From Oculina patagonica (taxonomy: Eukaryota), in contig NC_135770.1 in the NCBI RefSeq assembly GCF_052425735.1, forward strand, positions 18,352,001 to 18,416,000: DNA of 64,000 nt, read 5' to 3'. A program made the position numbers and the translations under genes. The first letter of the stretch is position 1. Each line of letters begins with the position of its first letter. Positions 62,397 through 64,000 of the stretch are shown one piece after another. The notes below the pieces were generated by a model. That model made no database searches and was not told the DNA's origin. It saw only the letters and a list, made by a program, of their open reading frames with translations.

Positions 62397-64000
62397 GATT
62401 GAGTTATTTTCCCAGCAGGCCTTTTTTTCTTACTTTATCACTGAGATGAATTCCATTGCATTCTCTCCAAACTTTACATGTACAACGCATTCATCTTGTC
62501 AATCGTCTATACTGTTGAATAATAGATCATAAGCGAGCTTGTTCAACAATCAGAAAGTTTGGATAAGGTAGCACAAGCTTGAAGGATTTTGTTAGGTAGG
62601 TGGAGTCGCGTCGAAACTTTGAGCATAGCATGTGAAGCAAAATTTTCGAAGTCCAAGGTGCCAGCTAAACAAAGTTTGCAGGAGTTTGTTTGGTACAAAA
62701 GAGTGTCGCATCACCAAGTCATGCTCTGTCTGGCAATTCGGCCTGTGCCCTATAAATGTACATTACCCGTGCCGGAATTTGTGTCCTAACTTGGTGAGCA
62801 ATTGAACATGTCATCACAGCTCTTGTTGTTTCGCTCGCGATGACATGCATTATTAAAATAGGCAAAAGTGAATAATATTGGACACACAGTGGCCTTCTCT
62901 AATCCTTGTACAAACGAGCCGCATTACATCACAACTGAAGGAATGAATGACTCACAAAGACTGTTTGGTTTCTAATGGCAACGTTATTAGCACTGGTTCT
63001 CTTGCTAAGGCCACATAATAATAATGGAACAGACCACACGAGCATATACAAACAACAAAACGCTAATGGGTCTATTGGAAAGAAATTCAAAAGCACCTAT
63101 TATAGTTGCGATCTACCCTCAGTACTTGGAATAATAGTGATTTTAGTAGCAATGAATAACATGGCCAACATCAATTCACAATGTTTACCCAACGACACAA
63201 AGGCGGCGCGAGAACAAGACTTGCTCAATAAATTGCGCCATCCAATAACACATCTTGCTTTATTACATTGGCAAAATAAACTGTTAAGAGTTATTTCAAT
63301 GCAGTCCATCCATTAAAACCATTCTATTGGACATTTTTACTTCTACAAAATAAAAGTTCTTGCTTCGGAGATTGTCAACCGCATAGGAAAGTCACAACGT
63401 CTCAAACTGAAGCACACTCCTTACTCACTTTGCCTTACAATTTCGTGGCTACACAAGGCACACAAGGCCCAAAGGAGTTAAGCCGAGCTATTTACATTTA
63501 AATACCTGTGTAACCCATCTAATTGCTTTGGTAATCAAGTTCTCTGCCATTCATCCTCCTTCGAGTGCTGTCCCAATTAATATACCTTGGTAAACGTGAT
63601 CATTCGGTCAACATCTTATAATGGTGTATGCTTAGGTTAAGCCTTAGTACTCACTACCCACTGCTGCTGACGCAACCCACTTGGTAGATGTTTTTTTTTC
63701 CTTTTTGTTTTGCATTATTGCGTCCATAGCTAGGTAGCTCGGATTATTTCTCAAATAATTTATTAAATGCAATCATGAGTCTTGATAACGCAGATATCAA
63801 ATCGATCATGATTTGAGCTAGGCTGTGAGCTGAAGTTACTGGTACTTGACAACTATGAGTACCCCAAAGAAAAAATTTGGTTCTGGATTATATTCTTGTT
63901 ACGTTTTAGGAAACTTTTGGAAGACAAGGTGTTAAAGGAAATACCTGGAAGATGTCATAGTGATTGGGAAATAAAGTCTGCTTGCATTGTACAAGAGTTT

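Noticed and set aside
62975-63316. 113-aa plus-strand ORF with a hydrophobic N-terminus
   Set aside because: No motif or splice support and it lies in the presumed RhoGEF upstream region. Cannot be fully excluded without expression data.

Overview
AT-rich eukaryotic (animal) DNA with GT-AG introns. The repeat repertoire suggests an anthozoan such as a stony coral (inference). No prokaryotic features. Two multi-exon genes lie on the minus strand. (1) ~22146 to <=348, running off the window start: a type II membrane protein with a cytoplasmic tail, TM helix, CSC motif, long N-glycosylated coiled-coil stalk, short Gly-X-Y collagen and the start of a Cys-containing C-terminal region, similar in architecture to class A scavenger receptors/collectin-12. 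It has an internal tandem duplication of a three-exon cassette whose breakpoint cuts through the collagen exon, a frameshift in exon 1, and a different set of transposons in each duplicate. (2) 62396 to 29472: an 18-exon, ~1035-aa Dbl-family RhoGEF with a DH domain, no recognisable PH domain, a C-terminal PDZ-type motif and several candidate alternative first exons. A tRNA-Ser(GCT) lies between the two genes. Mobile DNA includes Kolobok-, piggyBac-, hAT-, P-, Harbinger-, Crypton- and Helentron-like elements, two LINE fragments and a 471-bp near-perfect palindrome. Exon chains were assembled by eye from splice signals and phase compatibility and need transcript confirmation.
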